Of a DNA stretch of 64,000 bases, positions 10,548-20,417 are shown piece after piece (position 1 is the stretch's first letter; each line of letters begins with the position of its first letter). The notes under the pieces are model-generated. The model saw nothing but the letters and a program-made list of their open reading frames with translations, was not told the DNA's origin and searched no databases. Both the position numbers and the translations under genes were made by a program. The DNA is from Candidatus Levybacteria bacterium GW2011_GWA1_37_16 (GTDB lineage: Bacteria; Patescibacteriota; Microgenomatia; Levybacterales; UBA12049), in the NCBI GenBank assembly GCA_943357985.1, contig CALRGR010000001.1:14731-78730 (forward strand), in the 5' to 3' direction.

Positions 10548-12003
10548 AAATTTTTGCGTTCCCTATATTATTAACTTCCTTGTATTCCATAAGCGGAATT
10601 TGTAAAGGCGGAACATTTGGCATTGTTATTATAAATTTAGGTTTATTCTGCTCAATGCCTTTTCTTGTATTTTCTATGCCGTCCTTGTACCCTGTTATGT
10701 GATATGCAACTGCGTATCTTCCTGGAGGAAGTTTGCCTGTAAGCGCATAGACTTGTGCGTTATCCCCCCAAATAAAAATATTGTCGTTTTTGTTTGTATG
10801 CATCTTTATAAATTGAACAAGCTGATAATCCCTTGGAATATTCCTGTCAAAAAACGCTCGATACTGCGTAATGGATTTATTGGATGTGATAAATGAAATA
10901 AAATTCTGATAGTAGAAAACTGTTTTTCCATAATATCCAAAGTTTTTTAAAATTAAAATAAAACTTATGACAAAAATTAGAAGGGTAAATTTCCTAAGTT
11001 TTTGTTCTGCTGCAATAAGGCCAATAAAAAGACAGAAACTAGGTAAGAGCACCAAGAGATAATGTGTGTATGGGCGTCCGGAAAAGAATGCGTTAAAAAG
11101 AGAAAAGGCAAACCAAAGAGAAATAAAAATAAAAGTTCTTGAAAAATTAACCCTTTTGATAAAAAGAAAGAGTGTGCCCCCAAATAGAATAATTAGTTTT
11201 AATATAAGTAGCCCCTGGGGAATTATAAATTTATTTCCGTATCCGACATACCCTACATTTTGTAAAAAAGAAGCCTCGATAAAATCACCAATAGCGCCTC
11301 TAAATAGAAAGTATATAGCTGTGCCTAAGATAGGAAGAATAAACCCAATTAAAAAAGGAAAAAGATTCTTTGTTTCTTGAATCAGAAATTTTTTTACTTC
11401 TCTAAAGTTAGTAATTTTCAGGCTTTGAGGAGCACTTATAACAAGCAGAAATAGAAAAAAAGCAGCAAAATCAAAAATACCAACAATTTTAATTAAAAAT
11501 GCAAGAGACACCAGCAGCCCCGCAAGCAGTCTGTATCTTTGCGATTTAACAAGAATAAGTCCTGCCAAAATTAATGGAAGAAGCATAAAATTTTCTGAAT
11601 TTGCAATATTGCCTTCAAGAAGCGGAAGGCCAAAGAGAAGGGCAAATAACCCGGTTGTCCATAGTGTAATTTTAAACTTTTCTCTAAAAAGTTCCCTTGC
11701 AAGGGTATGAAACGCTATAACAGATGCAATTCCGAAAAGAAGAGAAACAAATCTTATAACAAATTGATCTGAGTTGAAAAATGCGTAAATAAGATAAAGA
11801 AGAGGAGGTTTGTTGTCCCAGATATCCGCATATAGAAGTCTTCCATTTCTTATGGCATATCCCAAGACCTGATATATTCCCTCATCTCCATACCAGTAAG
11901 GTTCAAAAAGTGAAGGAAGACGAAGTAAAAAAAAGAAAAATGAAGTAATGATAAGAAACCAAAAGCTAATACTTTGCTCAGCCTTTGATATGATTTTCAT
12001 CAT
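10531..12003 (-). CDS. GT-C fold membrane glycosyltransferase (ArnT/PMT-like)
   Basis: WYGDEGIY...LYADIWDNKPPLLY in the first loop; many TM segments; soluble C-terminus. Confidence 0.82.
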   Translation of the reverse strand: MMKIISKAEQSISFWFLIITSFFFFLLRLPSLFEPYWYGDEGIYQVLGYAIRNGRLLYADIWDNKPPLLYLIYAFFNSDQFVIRFVSLLFGIASVIAFHTLARELFREKFKITLWTTGLFALLFGLPLLEGNIANSENFMLLPLILAGLILVKSQRYRLLAGLLVSLAFLIKIVGIFDFAAFFLFLLVISAPQSLKITNFREVKKFLIQETKNLFPFLIGFILPILGTAIYFLFRGAIGDFIEASFLQNVGYVGYGNKFIIPQGLLILKLIILFGGTLFLFIKRVNFSRTFIFISLWFAFSLFNAFFSGRPYTHYLLVLLPSFCLFIGLIAAEQKLRKFTLLIFVISFILILKNFGYYGKTVFYYQNFISFITSNKSITQYRAFFDRNIPRDYQLVQFIKMHTNKNDNIFIWGDNAQVYALTGKLPPGRYAVAYHITGYKDGIENTRKGIEQNKPKFIITMPNVPPLQIPLMEYKEVNNIGNAKIYERVF

Positions 12004-13493
12004 AGTTTTTCCGTTACCTTATATTCTAACCTTTTTCCAAACATAAGTTGTGTGTGAGAAATAAGAGCTGGCAGTGTTGAAAGGAAAAATCCTGCAATCG
12101 GAAGAAGTATAAATTCAAGGGGGAAAAGGATGTGTCTTAAAAGAGATGCCTTTGCGTATTTTGGTCTGTGCTTGTAGTCAATAAGAACCATTGCAAAAAG
12201 CGCTAGAAGACACGAGGTTAGAATTATTCCTGCAATGCTTGAAAGTCTGTAACCCAAGGCAGTTCTTGAAAAAACCGGATTGACTAACGTTGTAACGTTT
12301 GCGGCAATTGTAATTATGAACCAGTTAACAGGCCATAGGAAATGATCAAGTAAAACATTGTAAAGCATTATTGTTTTTCTGATAAATGGAACGCCCGGTA
12401 CTGTAAACCACCACTTAATAAATAAAGGATCATCCGATACTCCCCATGACCAGCGTCTTTCTTGCTCATATTTATTTGCAAGAGTTTTTAAAAAGCTTGA
12501 GGATTTTGGAGAGTCCATAGACGTTCTTAAAAATATAGGGTCAACCCAACACTCTCCTTTTAGTTTGTAGAAGGCCTTAAAGAATATTCTGTAATCTTCC
12601 GGAATTACATCTGTATCCCAAAACCCAATATTTTTAAGAAGTTTAAAAGAAAGAGAGTATGTTGAATTTGCTACCATTCGGTCGCCTTGAATAAGAAGCG
12701 CGGTTCTGTGCAGGCTTCCAAAAAAAGCAATAACTCTAACAGGAGCAGGAACGCTCCAGAAATTATTGTAGTGAACATTTGCCGACTGCCAGAATTTATG
12801 ATAGCGCTTTGGATCATTTAAGAATTTATATGTAAGATATGCAAAATATTGCTTGTCAAAAATAGAGTCAGCATCAACAGAGGAGATTGTGGCAAAGTCA
12901 AGATCGATAATATTCTCTCTAACTAGTTTTTGATATGCGGCTTTTCCTGCAAATGCCTCATTTGAGGATTTGCCTTTTACTTCGCCTTCTATATCCGGAT
13001 GAAATGTTGAAAATATTATGCCGAATTCTTTTGCAAACTCGCGGGTTAAAATATCTGCTTTTTCTCTTGCGCCATTTTCTCTTTTTTCCATTCCCAGAAC
13101 TACATAAATACGTTTAGCAGGAAAAGTCTGAGAAGCAATGTGCTCCAAAGTCTTTCTTAGTTTCTCTAAAGTTTCTTTATAGTTTGGAATAACTACAACA
13201 TGAGTTACCTTTTTAAAATCATTATTTTCTTGTCCAAGTTTTACCCAATCTAATTTCTCTGCTCTTTTAATTCTGGTCGAAGCAATGTAGGCAGTAATTG
13301 CCAAAGAGAAAGATTTATAAAGCCAGTAGACATCAAAAAACAAAATAAAGTAAGCAAGGGTATATGGGATAAATAAAGATCCCCAAATTGGGAAGAAGAT
13401 TAATGTCCATGATACAAAGCCCGGTAGAATTTCAAGAGCCCTCTTTGTCTTTATAGGGTATCTTGAGAAAACTTTGTCAAAAAATGTAGTCAT
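12000..13493 (-). CDS. GT2-family membrane glycosyltransferase
   Basis: VVIPNYKE, GKSSNE, SVDADS, IPED, QERRWSWG (QxxRW). Confidence 0.88.
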   Translation of the reverse strand: MTTFFDKVFSRYPIKTKRALEILPGFVSWTLIFFPIWGSLFIPYTLAYFILFFDVYWLYKSFSLAITAYIASTRIKRAEKLDWVKLGQENNDFKKVTHVVVIPNYKETLEKLRKTLEHIASQTFPAKRIYVVLGMEKRENGAREKADILTREFAKEFGIIFSTFHPDIEGEVKGKSSNEAFAGKAAYQKLVRENIIDLDFATISSVDADSIFDKQYFAYLTYKFLNDPKRYHKFWQSANVHYNNFWSVPAPVRVIAFFGSLHRTALLIQGDRMVANSTYSLSFKLLKNIGFWDTDVIPEDYRIFFKAFYKLKGECWVDPIFLRTSMDSPKSSSFLKTLANKYEQERRWSWGVSDDPLFIKWWFTVPGVPFIRKTIMLYNVLLDHFLWPVNWFIITIAANVTTLVNPVFSRTALGYRLSSIAGIILTSCLLALFAMVLIDYKHRPKYAKASLLRHILFPLEFILLPIAGFFLSTLPALISHTQLMFGKRLEYKVTEKL

Positions 13494-13511
13494 AAAATTA
13501 GCGACTAGCAA

Positions 13512-14342
13512 CTAGTGATTAGCGTTTAGTTTGAAGATATTACTCGCGTTCTCACTCGTTATTTTAGTAATCTTTTCAAAAGGAATGCCTTTTGTCTGTG
13601 CGATAAACCTAGCTACTATTATAACATGGGAGGGTTCATTTCTGCTACCACGGTGGGGCAAGGGGGTTAAAAACGGACTATCTGTTTCTGTGACAATCCG
13701 TTCTATTGGGGTATATTTAACCAACTCGGAAAGCTGCGTAATTTCGCCCGGTGCTAGTCCTGGATAAGTGATATTTCCGTCAAAACCCACATAAAATCCA
13801 AGCTCGAGAACTTCTTTTAGGAAATCCAAATTGCCTGACATGCAGTGGAACATTCCTGGAATTTTGAGAAGTTCGGATTTGTGTTGTTTGAGTATTTCGA
13901 TAATGTCCATTCCTGCATGGCGATTGTGGATTTGAAGAGGAAGCTTAAGTTTATGTGCAAGTTCTATTTGGGCAACAAATGCATCAACTTGCACTTTTTT
14001 ATCCACAATTCCATTTGATTTATAAGAATAATAATCAAGGCCGATTTCTCCAATTCCAACAACTTTTTCATCTTTTGCAATTTTTTCAAGCTCCGTTAGC
14101 CAATCTTTTTGTATTTCTCCTTCAAATTCTACGTCTGTTTTATCTGCATGGTGGGGATGGACTCCGACAATTGCATATATGTTTGGAAACTTGTGAGCAA
14201 GCTCAACTGCCCGTCTACTTGACGGAATGCTTGTTCCAACATTTATAATTTTTGTAACCCCAGAATCGAAAGCCCGATTTGCAACTTCTTCCCAGTCACT
14301 ATCGAATGCGTGTAAATTTAAATGACAATGCACATCAACCAT
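13512..14342 (-). CDS. tatD: TatD-family DNase
   Basis: DVHCHL, GVHPH, IGEIGLDY, IHNR, FHC, ETDSPFL. Confidence 0.95.
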   Translation of the reverse strand: MVDVHCHLNLHAFDSDWEEVANRAFDSGVTKIINVGTSIPSSRRAVELAHKFPNIYAIVGVHPHHADKTDVEFEGEIQKDWLTELEKIAKDEKVVGIGEIGLDYYSYKSNGIVDKKVQVDAFVAQIELAHKLKLPLQIHNRHAGMDIIEILKQHKSELLKIPGMFHCMSGNLDFLKEVLELGFYVGFDGNITYPGLAPGEITQLSELVKYTPIERIVTETDSPFLTPLPHRGSRNEPSHVIIVARFIAQTKGIPFEKITKITSENASNIFKLNANH

Positions 14343-14357
14343 ATTTTTAGATTAGAA

Positions 14358-15797
14358 CTAATTTATTCTTGGAAAAAGGGGAGCAGAGCTTTTTATTTTT
14401 TCTCCTTTGAATTGTTCCTCAATTTTATTAGCAGTTTCAGGTAAAAACGGTTCAAGTAGTGCTGCAATTTCTTGAATTTGGTCAACCGCGTGAGCCAGAA
14501 CTGATTTTAATTTTGAATTTCCTGTGCTAAGTGCCCAAGGTTTCTCTTCATTAATATATTTATCAAGATTCGTAATTTTTGTCCAAACAAAGGCAAGAGC
14601 GTCGTTGAATTTGAACTCGGAAAGAGCCTGCGAATATCCTTCAACTTCTATTAAATGTACAGAGGTATCATTTTCAGGAACCCGTTGAGAGTAGTTTGAG
14701 TTTTCGCAAAGTTTTGCCACCCTTGCTATTAAATTTCCCAATCCATTTGCCAAGTCTGAATTATAAGCCTGCTTTATTTTTTCCTCAGAAATATCACTAT
14801 CCTCTGTAATGTTTGTGTATCTTAAAAGATAATAGCGGACACCATCTGCTCCATATTTTTTAACCAAATCTGAAGGTCTGATTACATTGCCCAAAGACTT
14901 GCTTATTTTCTGACCGTTTATATTAAGAAAGCCGTTTACCAAAATTGTTTTTGGCAGTTCTATATTTGCAGCTTTTAGCATTGCCGGCCACAAAAGTGCG
15001 TGCCAACGGAGATTATCTTTTCCTAATATATGAATATCCGCGGGCCAAAATTTTTCGAATAGCTTTTTATCTTTCAAAAATCCAACTCCTGTTAAATAAT
15101 TTGCCAGTGCGTCAAACCAAACGTAAACAACTTGCTCTTTATCTTCAGGAACTGGAACTCCCCAAGTAAAATCTTTTCTTGAAATTGGAATATCCGTAAT
15201 ATTCTTTGCAAACTCGAGCATTTCATTTGCTCTGTAGCTTGGGAAAATAAAATCTTTGTTGTCTTTTATGTGTTTTATCAGAAAATCTTTATAGTCAGAC
15301 CATTTGAAAAAGTAATTTTTCTCGGTTACTTTCTTTATCTCTCCATTTGGGTGAATTGGGCATTTCCCGTCAACCAATTCATTCTGATTATAATAAGCTT
15401 CACATCCCTCGCAATAAAGGCCGGTGTATTCCCCGGGGTAAATTTTGCCGGCATCTTTAACTCTATTCCAGATTTCTTCAACTACTTTTGTATGATCTTT
15501 GTCGGTTGTTCTAATAAAACGGTCGTAGGAAATATTAAGAGCGTCTTGTTCCTTTTGGTCTGAATCAGAAATTTTCTTTACAAACTCGGAAGAAGAAATA
15601 CCTGCTTTATCTGCGGCTTGCTCTGCCTTTTTGCCATATTCATCCGTACCTGTTAAGAAAAAAACATTTTCTTTTCCAAGAATAGTTCTTTGGTAGCGGG
15701 CCAAAACATCGGCTGCAACTTTCTGAAAGGCGTGCCCAATATGAATAGTGTCATTGACATAATCAATAGCTGTTGTAATATAAAATTTGTTATTCAT
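14358..15797 (-). CDS. metG: Methionyl-tRNA synthetase (short form)
   Basis: HIGH motif, YCEGCE, VYVWFDAL, KISKS. Confidence 0.97.
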   Translation of the reverse strand: MNNKFYITTAIDYVNDTIHIGHAFQKVAADVLARYQRTILGKENVFFLTGTDEYGKKAEQAADKAGISSSEFVKKISDSDQKEQDALNISYDRFIRTTDKDHTKVVEEIWNRVKDAGKIYPGEYTGLYCEGCEAYYNQNELVDGKCPIHPNGEIKKVTEKNYFFKWSDYKDFLIKHIKDNKDFIFPSYRANEMLEFAKNITDIPISRKDFTWGVPVPEDKEQVVYVWFDALANYLTGVGFLKDKKLFEKFWPADIHILGKDNLRWHALLWPAMLKAANIELPKTILVNGFLNINGQKISKSLGNVIRPSDLVKKYGADGVRYYLLRYTNITEDSDISEEKIKQAYNSDLANGLGNLIARVAKLCENSNYSQRVPENDTSVHLIEVEGYSQALSEFKFNDALAFVWTKITNLDKYINEEKPWALSTGNSKLKSVLAHAVDQIQEIAALLEPFLPETANKIEEQFKGEKIKSSAPLFPRIN

Positions 15798-15856
15798 GCA
15801 GCCATTTTAACAGAGAGCAGCTACCTTTCGCAAAGATTCGAAATACCTTTAATTCA

Positions 15857-15878
15857 ATGGTTCAAACTATTGAACCAT
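15857..15878. terminator. Perfect 9-bp hairpin downstream of the 15890 gene (possible terminator)
   Basis: atggttcaa-acta-ttgaaccat; no clear U tract. Confidence 0.4.
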
Positions 15879-15889
15879 ACATAATAAAT

Positions 15890-16198
15890 TTAGTTGCGTT
15901 TGAAAAATAAATACAAGGTTATGAAAAGAATTATAAAAAGCAGAAGGAAAAATGGTTGTTTAAGCCCCAAGGTTCGTACTACTAAATAAGATACAACGGA
16001 AACGCTGATTAGAGTTGCCTGAATATTGCTTTTGAGAGTAAATTCTGCAAAGAACCAGAGAGAGAAAAAAAGCAAAGAGAAAAAGGCGATAGCGGGAATG
16101 TCTAGGCTCGGCGGAAAGTTCAGTGCGACATAAATAAATCCACTAAAAAACAATATCCCAAGTATTAACTGCCACAACTTTCTTTTTTCATTCCTCAC
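15890..16198 (-). CDS. Small multi-TM hypothetical protein
   Basis: About four hydrophobic segments; TGTTAAACT 6 nt upstream of the GTG start. Confidence 0.7.
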   Translation of the reverse strand: MRNEKRKLWQLILGILFFSGFIYVALNFPPSLDIPAIAFFSLLFFSLWFFAEFTLKSNIQATLISVSVVSYLVVRTLGLKQPFFLLLFIILFITLYLFFKRN

Positions 16199-16297
16199 AA
16201 TTTAAGTTTAACACTTTTAATCTATTCCCTCCAAAGGCGGGCAGGCATGCTGCGATTTCAGAGGGCTCTTCGTCGTAAATTTATTAAAATTTGACCC

Positions 16298-16334
16298 TTG
16301 ACAAATGTTAGCAGTCATAATACAATACTGCTAA
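16298..16334 (+). promoter_or_regulatory. hrcA promoter overlapped by a CIRCE operator variant
   Basis: TTGACA (16298-16303)-17-TACAAT (16321-16326); TTAGCAGTC-N9-TACTGCTAA at 16308-16334 versus CIRCE consensus TTAGCACTC-N9-GAGTGCTAA. Confidence 0.9.
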
Positions 16335-16348
16335 TCTCGAAATAGTCT

Positions 16349-17077
16349 ATGCATGATTTAACTCAAAGGCAAGTTGAAATACTTAAGAGTTTGATTGAAG
16401 AATATATAGAAACCGCAGAGCCTGTTGGTTCTGAAACGCTTGAGAAAAAGCACAATCTTAGTGCATCTCCCGCAACTATTAGAAATGAAATGGTAAAGCT
16501 CACAGATTTGGGGTATCTTAAAAAGCCCCATGCTTCTGCAGGCCGTGTTCCAACATCCGAGGGAATGCAATTTTATGTAAAGCAACTTATGAGAGAGAAA
16601 GAACTTTCCGTTGTCGAAGAAGTTGCCATGAGAGAAAAAGTTTGGGATTACAGAGAAAGATCAGACAGATTTCTTAGAGCTTTGGTAAAGTCTTTAGCAG
16701 ATAGAACAAAAGCTTTGGCAATTGCCACAACTGAGGACGGAGACGTATATATATCAGGATACGCGAATATTTTAGATATGCCGGAGTTTTTTGATATTGA
16801 CGTGACAAAAAATTTACTTGAAACACTTGATGAATTGGGAGTAATTCAAAGCATTTTCGCAGGAGTTATAGGAGATGAAACTATACATATTCTTTTGGGA
16901 GACGAATTAGGCCCAAGACTAAAAGGACCTTACGGATGTGTCTTTGCAAATTATAAATCACCAAAGCATGCAGGGGAAATTGGAGTTATAGGACCTTCCC
17001 GTCTAAATTATACTAATATTGTGCCAACGGTTAGATATTTTGGAGATTTAACATCTGAAATTGCACTAGGATGGTAG
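16349..17077 (+). CDS. hrcA: Heat-inducible transcription repressor HrcA (short form)
   Basis: LTQRQVEILKSLIEEYIETAEPVGS, SPATIRNEM, PHASAGRVPT, GVIGPSRLNY. Confidence 0.95.
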   Translation: MHDLTQRQVEILKSLIEEYIETAEPVGSETLEKKHNLSASPATIRNEMVKLTDLGYLKKPHASAGRVPTSEGMQFYVKQLMREKELSVVEEVAMREKVWDYRERSDRFLRALVKSLADRTKALAIATTEDGDVYISGYANILDMPEFFDIDVTKNLLETLDELGVIQSIFAGVIGDETIHILLGDELGPRLKGPYGCVFANYKSPKHAGEIGVIGPSRLNYTNIVPTVRYFGDLTSEIALGW

Positions 17078-17083
17078 ATTGGT

Positions 17084-17111
17084 AATTAAGAATTAAGAAT
17101 TAAGAATTGAA
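17084..17111. repeat. Heptamer tandem repeat (AATTAAG)x3 plus AATTGAA
   Basis: Read directly, between hrcA and grpE. Confidence 0.85.
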
Positions 17112-17118
17112 AACAGAG

Positions 17119-17595
17119 ATGGCAAAGAAACAAACAAAAAAAATAGATGAGTCGCAAAAGAAAATTATAGAGCTTGAAGAGCAGGTTAAGAGAAGTTTGG
17201 CGGATTATCAGAACCTTGAAAAAAGAACGGCAGAAGAAAGAGGAAGTTGGATAAAAAAAGCAAATAAGGATTTAGTTTTAAGACTCTTGCCGGTTTTAGA
17301 TACATTAATGCTTGCAAATGCGCACGTACAAAATGAAGGTTTGATGTTGAGCATTAAACAATTTTTAGATATATTAAGAAATGAGGGAATTGAAAAAATA
17401 GAAACAGAAGGGCAGCTTTTTGACCCTGTGACAATGGAAGGAGTAGGCTTTGTAGAAGGAAACCCTTCGACAGGCTCAGGGCCATGGGAAGGAAAAGTAG
17501 TTAATGAAATAAGAGCAGGATTCAGATATAATGGTGAAGCAGTGTTAAGACCGGCACAAGTCCTTGTTGGTTCTGCAAAGCAGAACACAAATTGA
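17119..17595 (+). CDS. grpE: Nucleotide exchange factor GrpE
   Basis: RSLADYQNLEKR, LLPVLD, FDP, LRPAQVLV; operon context. Confidence 0.95.
   Translation: MAKKQTKKIDESQKKIIELEEQVKRSLADYQNLEKRTAEERGSWIKKANKDLVLRLLPVLDTLMLANAHVQNEGLMLSIKQFLDILRNEGIEKIETEGQLFDPVTMEGVGFVEGNPSTGSGPWEGKVVNEIRAGFRYNGEAVLRPAQVLVGSAKQNTN
17463..17481 (+). repeat. Family A element, in frame in grpE (NPSTGSGP)
   Basis: cccttcgacaggctcaggg. Confidence 0.85.
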
Positions 17596-17618
17596 CCATT
17601 TACTATTGACGATTGACT
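17591..17618. repeat. Degenerate heptamer tandem repeat (ATTGACN)x4
   Basis: attgacc atttact attgacg attgact between grpE and dnaK. Confidence 0.7.
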
Positions 17619-17633
17619 AATTAAATTAAAATT

Positions 17634-19574
17634 ATGGGAAAAATAATAGGAATAGATTTAGGAACAACAAATAGTGCAGTAGCTGTTATGGAGGGTGGAT
17701 CACCAAAAGTTATTCACTCTGCAGAAGGTCGTAATGTAATCCCATCTGTTGTTGACCCGATTTCTCATATTGTGGGAGATGTTGCAAAAAGACAATTAAT
17801 ATTAAAGCCTAAAACAACCATTTTTTCCATAAAGAGACTTATGGGAAAAAGATTTAAAGACGAGTCAGTTCAAAGGGACATGAAATGGCTTCCTTACACA
17901 GTTAAATCAGGTAGGGATGGAATGGCTGTTGTTGAAGTTGATGGAAAAACTCTTACTCCTCAGGAAGTATCAGCGGTAATTTTGCAAAAAATTAAAGCAG
18001 ATGCAGAAAGCTATCTTGGCGGAAAAGTAACACAGGCTGTAATTACAGTCCCTGCATATTTTGATGATTCACAAAGACAGGCTACGAAACAGGCAGGAGA
18101 AATTGCAGGCTTGGAAGTTCTGCGTATTATAAATGAACCGACAGCCGCAGCTTTGGCTTACGGACTTGATAAGAAAAATGCTCACACAATTGCAGTTTAT
18201 GATTTGGGTGGAGGAACTTTTGATATCTCAATTTTGGAGCTTGGAGAAGGAGTTTATGAAGTAAAGTCAACAAACGGAGATACACATTTGGGAGGAGATG
18301 ATTTTGATCAGGCAATTATTGGTTACCTTGCAGACGAGTTCAAAAAAGAAAATGATGTAGATTTAAGACGCGACCCACAGGCACTTCAAAGGCTACGTGA
18401 ATCTGCTGAAAAAGCAAAAATAGAATTGTCAACTTCGCAGGAAGCAGAAATTAACCAACCGTTTATAACTCAAGGAGCAAGTGGACCGCTTCATTTGACC
18501 ATGAAGTTAACCCGTTCAAAGATGGAGCAGATAGTTGATGATCTAATTGCCAAAACGATAAAGCCGGTTGAGCTGGCCTTAAAAGACGCAAAGTTAAAAG
18601 CAACTGATATTGATGAAGTGGTTTTAGTTGGTGGAATGACAAGGGTGCCAAAGATTGTTGAGGTAGTTACTAAATTCTTTGGTAAAGAGGTTAATAAGTC
18701 TGTTAATCCGGATGAAGTTGTTGCAATTGGAGCAGCAATTCAGGGCGGAGTTTTGGGCGGAGAAGTAAAAGATGTTTTGCTTTTGGACGTAACACCGCTA
18801 ACTTTGGGGCTTGAGACTTTGGGTGGAGTTTCAACACCTCTTATTGAAAGAAATACAACAATTCCAACCTCAAAATCTCAGATTTTCTCAACTGCTGCAG
18901 AGAATCAAACCCAAGTTGAAATAAATGTTTTGCAGGGAGAGCGTTCAATGGCAGCAGATAATAAGTCACTCGGACGTTTTGCATTAGACGGAATTCCACC
19001 TGCTCCAAGAGGAGTCCCGCAAGTTGAAGTTACATTTGATATTGATGCAAGCGGAATACTTTCTGTTAAGGCGGCAGATAAAGCAACGGGAAAAGAACAG
19101 AGCATTAAGATTACAGGTTCAACTGGACTTTCAAAAGAAGAAGTTGAAAAAATGCAAAAAGATGCAGAAGTTCATGCAACAGAAGATGCAGAGAAAAAAG
19201 AAAAAGTTGAAGTTAGAAACATGGCCGATTCTCTTATATTTACAGCAGAAAAAACCTTGAAAGATGCCGGAGACCTTTCGACAGGCTCAGGGCAAGTAAA
19301 GATTTCGGAAGAAGATAAAAAAGAGGTTGAAGAAAAAATTGCTGTACTTAAGTCAATTCTCGACACCGGCTCTAAGGAAGATTTGGAAACAAAAACTAAA
19401 GAACTATCGGACGCTTTACAAAAAGTAGGAGCGGCAATGTCCAGTCAAGGACAACAGTCAACTTCTAACGAACAACAATCAACGGAGGACAGCTCGGAAG
19501 AAAAATCCTCCTCCGATAAAGCTTCGGAGGACAAGAAGGACGAAGAGCCCGTTGAAGGAGAAGTAGTTAATTAG
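17634..19574 (+). CDS. dnaK: Chaperone DnaK (Hsp70)
   Basis: [37 protein letters not shown]. Confidence 0.99.
   Translation: MGKIIGIDLGTTNSAVAVMEGGSPKVIHSAEGRNVIPSVVDPISHIVGDVAKRQLILKPKTTIFSIKRLMGKRFKDESVQRDMKWLPYTVKSGRDGMAVVEVDGKTLTPQEVSAVILQKIKADAESYLGGKVTQAVITVPAYFDDSQRQATKQAGEIAGLEVLRIINEPTAAALAYGLDKKNAHTIAVYDLGGGTFDISILELGEGVYEVKSTNGDTHLGGDDFDQAIIGYLADEFKKENDVDLRRDPQALQRLRESAEKAKIELSTSQEAEINQPFITQGASGPLHLTMKLTRSKMEQIVDDLIAKTIKPVELALKDAKLKATDIDEVVLVGGMTRVPKIVEVVTKFFGKEVNKSVNPDEVVAIGAAIQGGVLGGEVKDVLLLDVTPLTLGLETLGGVSTPLIERNTTIPTSKSQIFSTAAENQTQVEINVLQGERSMAADNKSLGRFALDGIPPAPRGVPQVEVTFDIDASGILSVKAADKATGKEQSIKITGSTGLSKEEVEKMQKDAEVHATEDAEKKEKVEVRNMADSLIFTAEKTLKDAGDLSTGSGQVKISEEDKKEVEEKIAVLKSILDTGSKEDLETKTKELSDALQKVGAAMSSQGQQSTSNEQQSTEDSSEEKSSSDKASEDKKDEEPVEGEVVN
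19274..19292 (+). repeat. Family A element, in frame in the dnaK lid (DLSTGSGQ)
   Basis: cctttcgacaggctcaggg, one mismatch from the grpE copy. Confidence 0.85.
19506..19535 (+). repeat. Family C hairpin element in the dnaK tail ([10 protein letters not shown])
   Basis: Hairpin tcctccg-ataaagctt-cggagga; 22/30 identity to 59350-59379. Confidence 0.6.
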
Positions 19575-19602
19575 CGGATAGAGATTAGCGTATAGCGTAT
19601 AG
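19572..19602. repeat. Heptamer tandem repeat (TAGCGTA-like)x4
   Basis: tagcgga tagagat tagcgta tagcgta tag. Confidence 0.8.
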
Positions 19603-19607
19603 TTTTG

Positions 19608-19626
19608 AGCGCGAAAGCGCTTTTTT
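19608..19626 (+). terminator. Intrinsic terminator after dnaK
   Basis: agcgc-gaaa-gcgct hairpin running into T6. Confidence 0.7.
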
Positions 19627-19640
19627 AGTATAATATAACT

Positions 19641-20414
19641 ATGTTAGAACAAGGATTTTGGAAAATAGACCCACATGCCCATTCGATAAGGAGCGATGGA
19701 AGCATATCTCTAGTCGAACGCGCAACATTGGCTTACCAAGCAGGACTTGATGGATATGGAGAAACAGACCATGATGTTTGGGCAAGAGATGAAGAGCCAT
19801 ACGATGAACTAATCCCTCGCCTAAAAGGAGTAGAGGTCACAACAGGAATGGGGCACTTATTGGTATATGCGCCAAAAGGAACAGACCCAAAAAAAATTCC
19901 AATGGGATACTCTTTGGTAGAAACAGTTAGGAGAGTTCAGGGGGAGGGATACAAAGTAATAGTTCCTCATATGAATTTTGGCCCAATTCCTGCATCAGTG
20001 TCATTGAATGCCCTAAGAAGGTTATATGACGCCGGCTATTCTGTTAATGGGATTGAAGCAGAACATACTTTTTATACAAAAAAACATAGATCAAAAGCTA
20101 AAAGTGTAGCAAGAGAATTTAATATTGCAGAAGTTGGCACAGGAGATGATCATACAGGAAACATTGGAAGACGGTTTTATACTCTCATCCCGTGCGTTTC
20201 TAATGATCCAATTGCTGATTTTTATTTATCGCTTGAAAACAGAACAAGTGTACCAATTAAATCCGAATTAGATTTATTGCCTACGCCTTCTGGAAAAAAC
20301 GCCTTTCGTCATATTCGCGCGCTTTTTGTAGGATTACCAGCGAAAGTAATTTGTTTACCACGTTTTGCTCATACAGTAGCTCAATATTATATGGAGGAAT
20401 TACGAAGGAGATAA
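19641..20414 (+). CDS. PHP-domain metal-dependent phosphoesterase
   Basis: IDPHAHSIRSDG, ETDHD, GVEVTT.GHLL, VPH, GDDH metal ligands. Confidence 0.85.
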   Translation: MLEQGFWKIDPHAHSIRSDGSISLVERATLAYQAGLDGYGETDHDVWARDEEPYDELIPRLKGVEVTTGMGHLLVYAPKGTDPKKIPMGYSLVETVRRVQGEGYKVIVPHMNFGPIPASVSLNALRRLYDAGYSVNGIEAEHTFYTKKHRSKAKSVAREFNIAEVGTGDDHTGNIGRRFYTLIPCVSNDPIADFYLSLENRTSVPIKSELDLLPTPSGKNAFRHIRALFVGLPAKVICLPRFAHTVAQYYMEELRRR

Positions 20415-20417
20415 CCT

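Noticed and set aside
17084-19602. Short repeats considered as a CRISPR array
   Set aside because: Units are 7-nt tandem or dispersed copies with no regular repeat-spacer pattern and no cas genes
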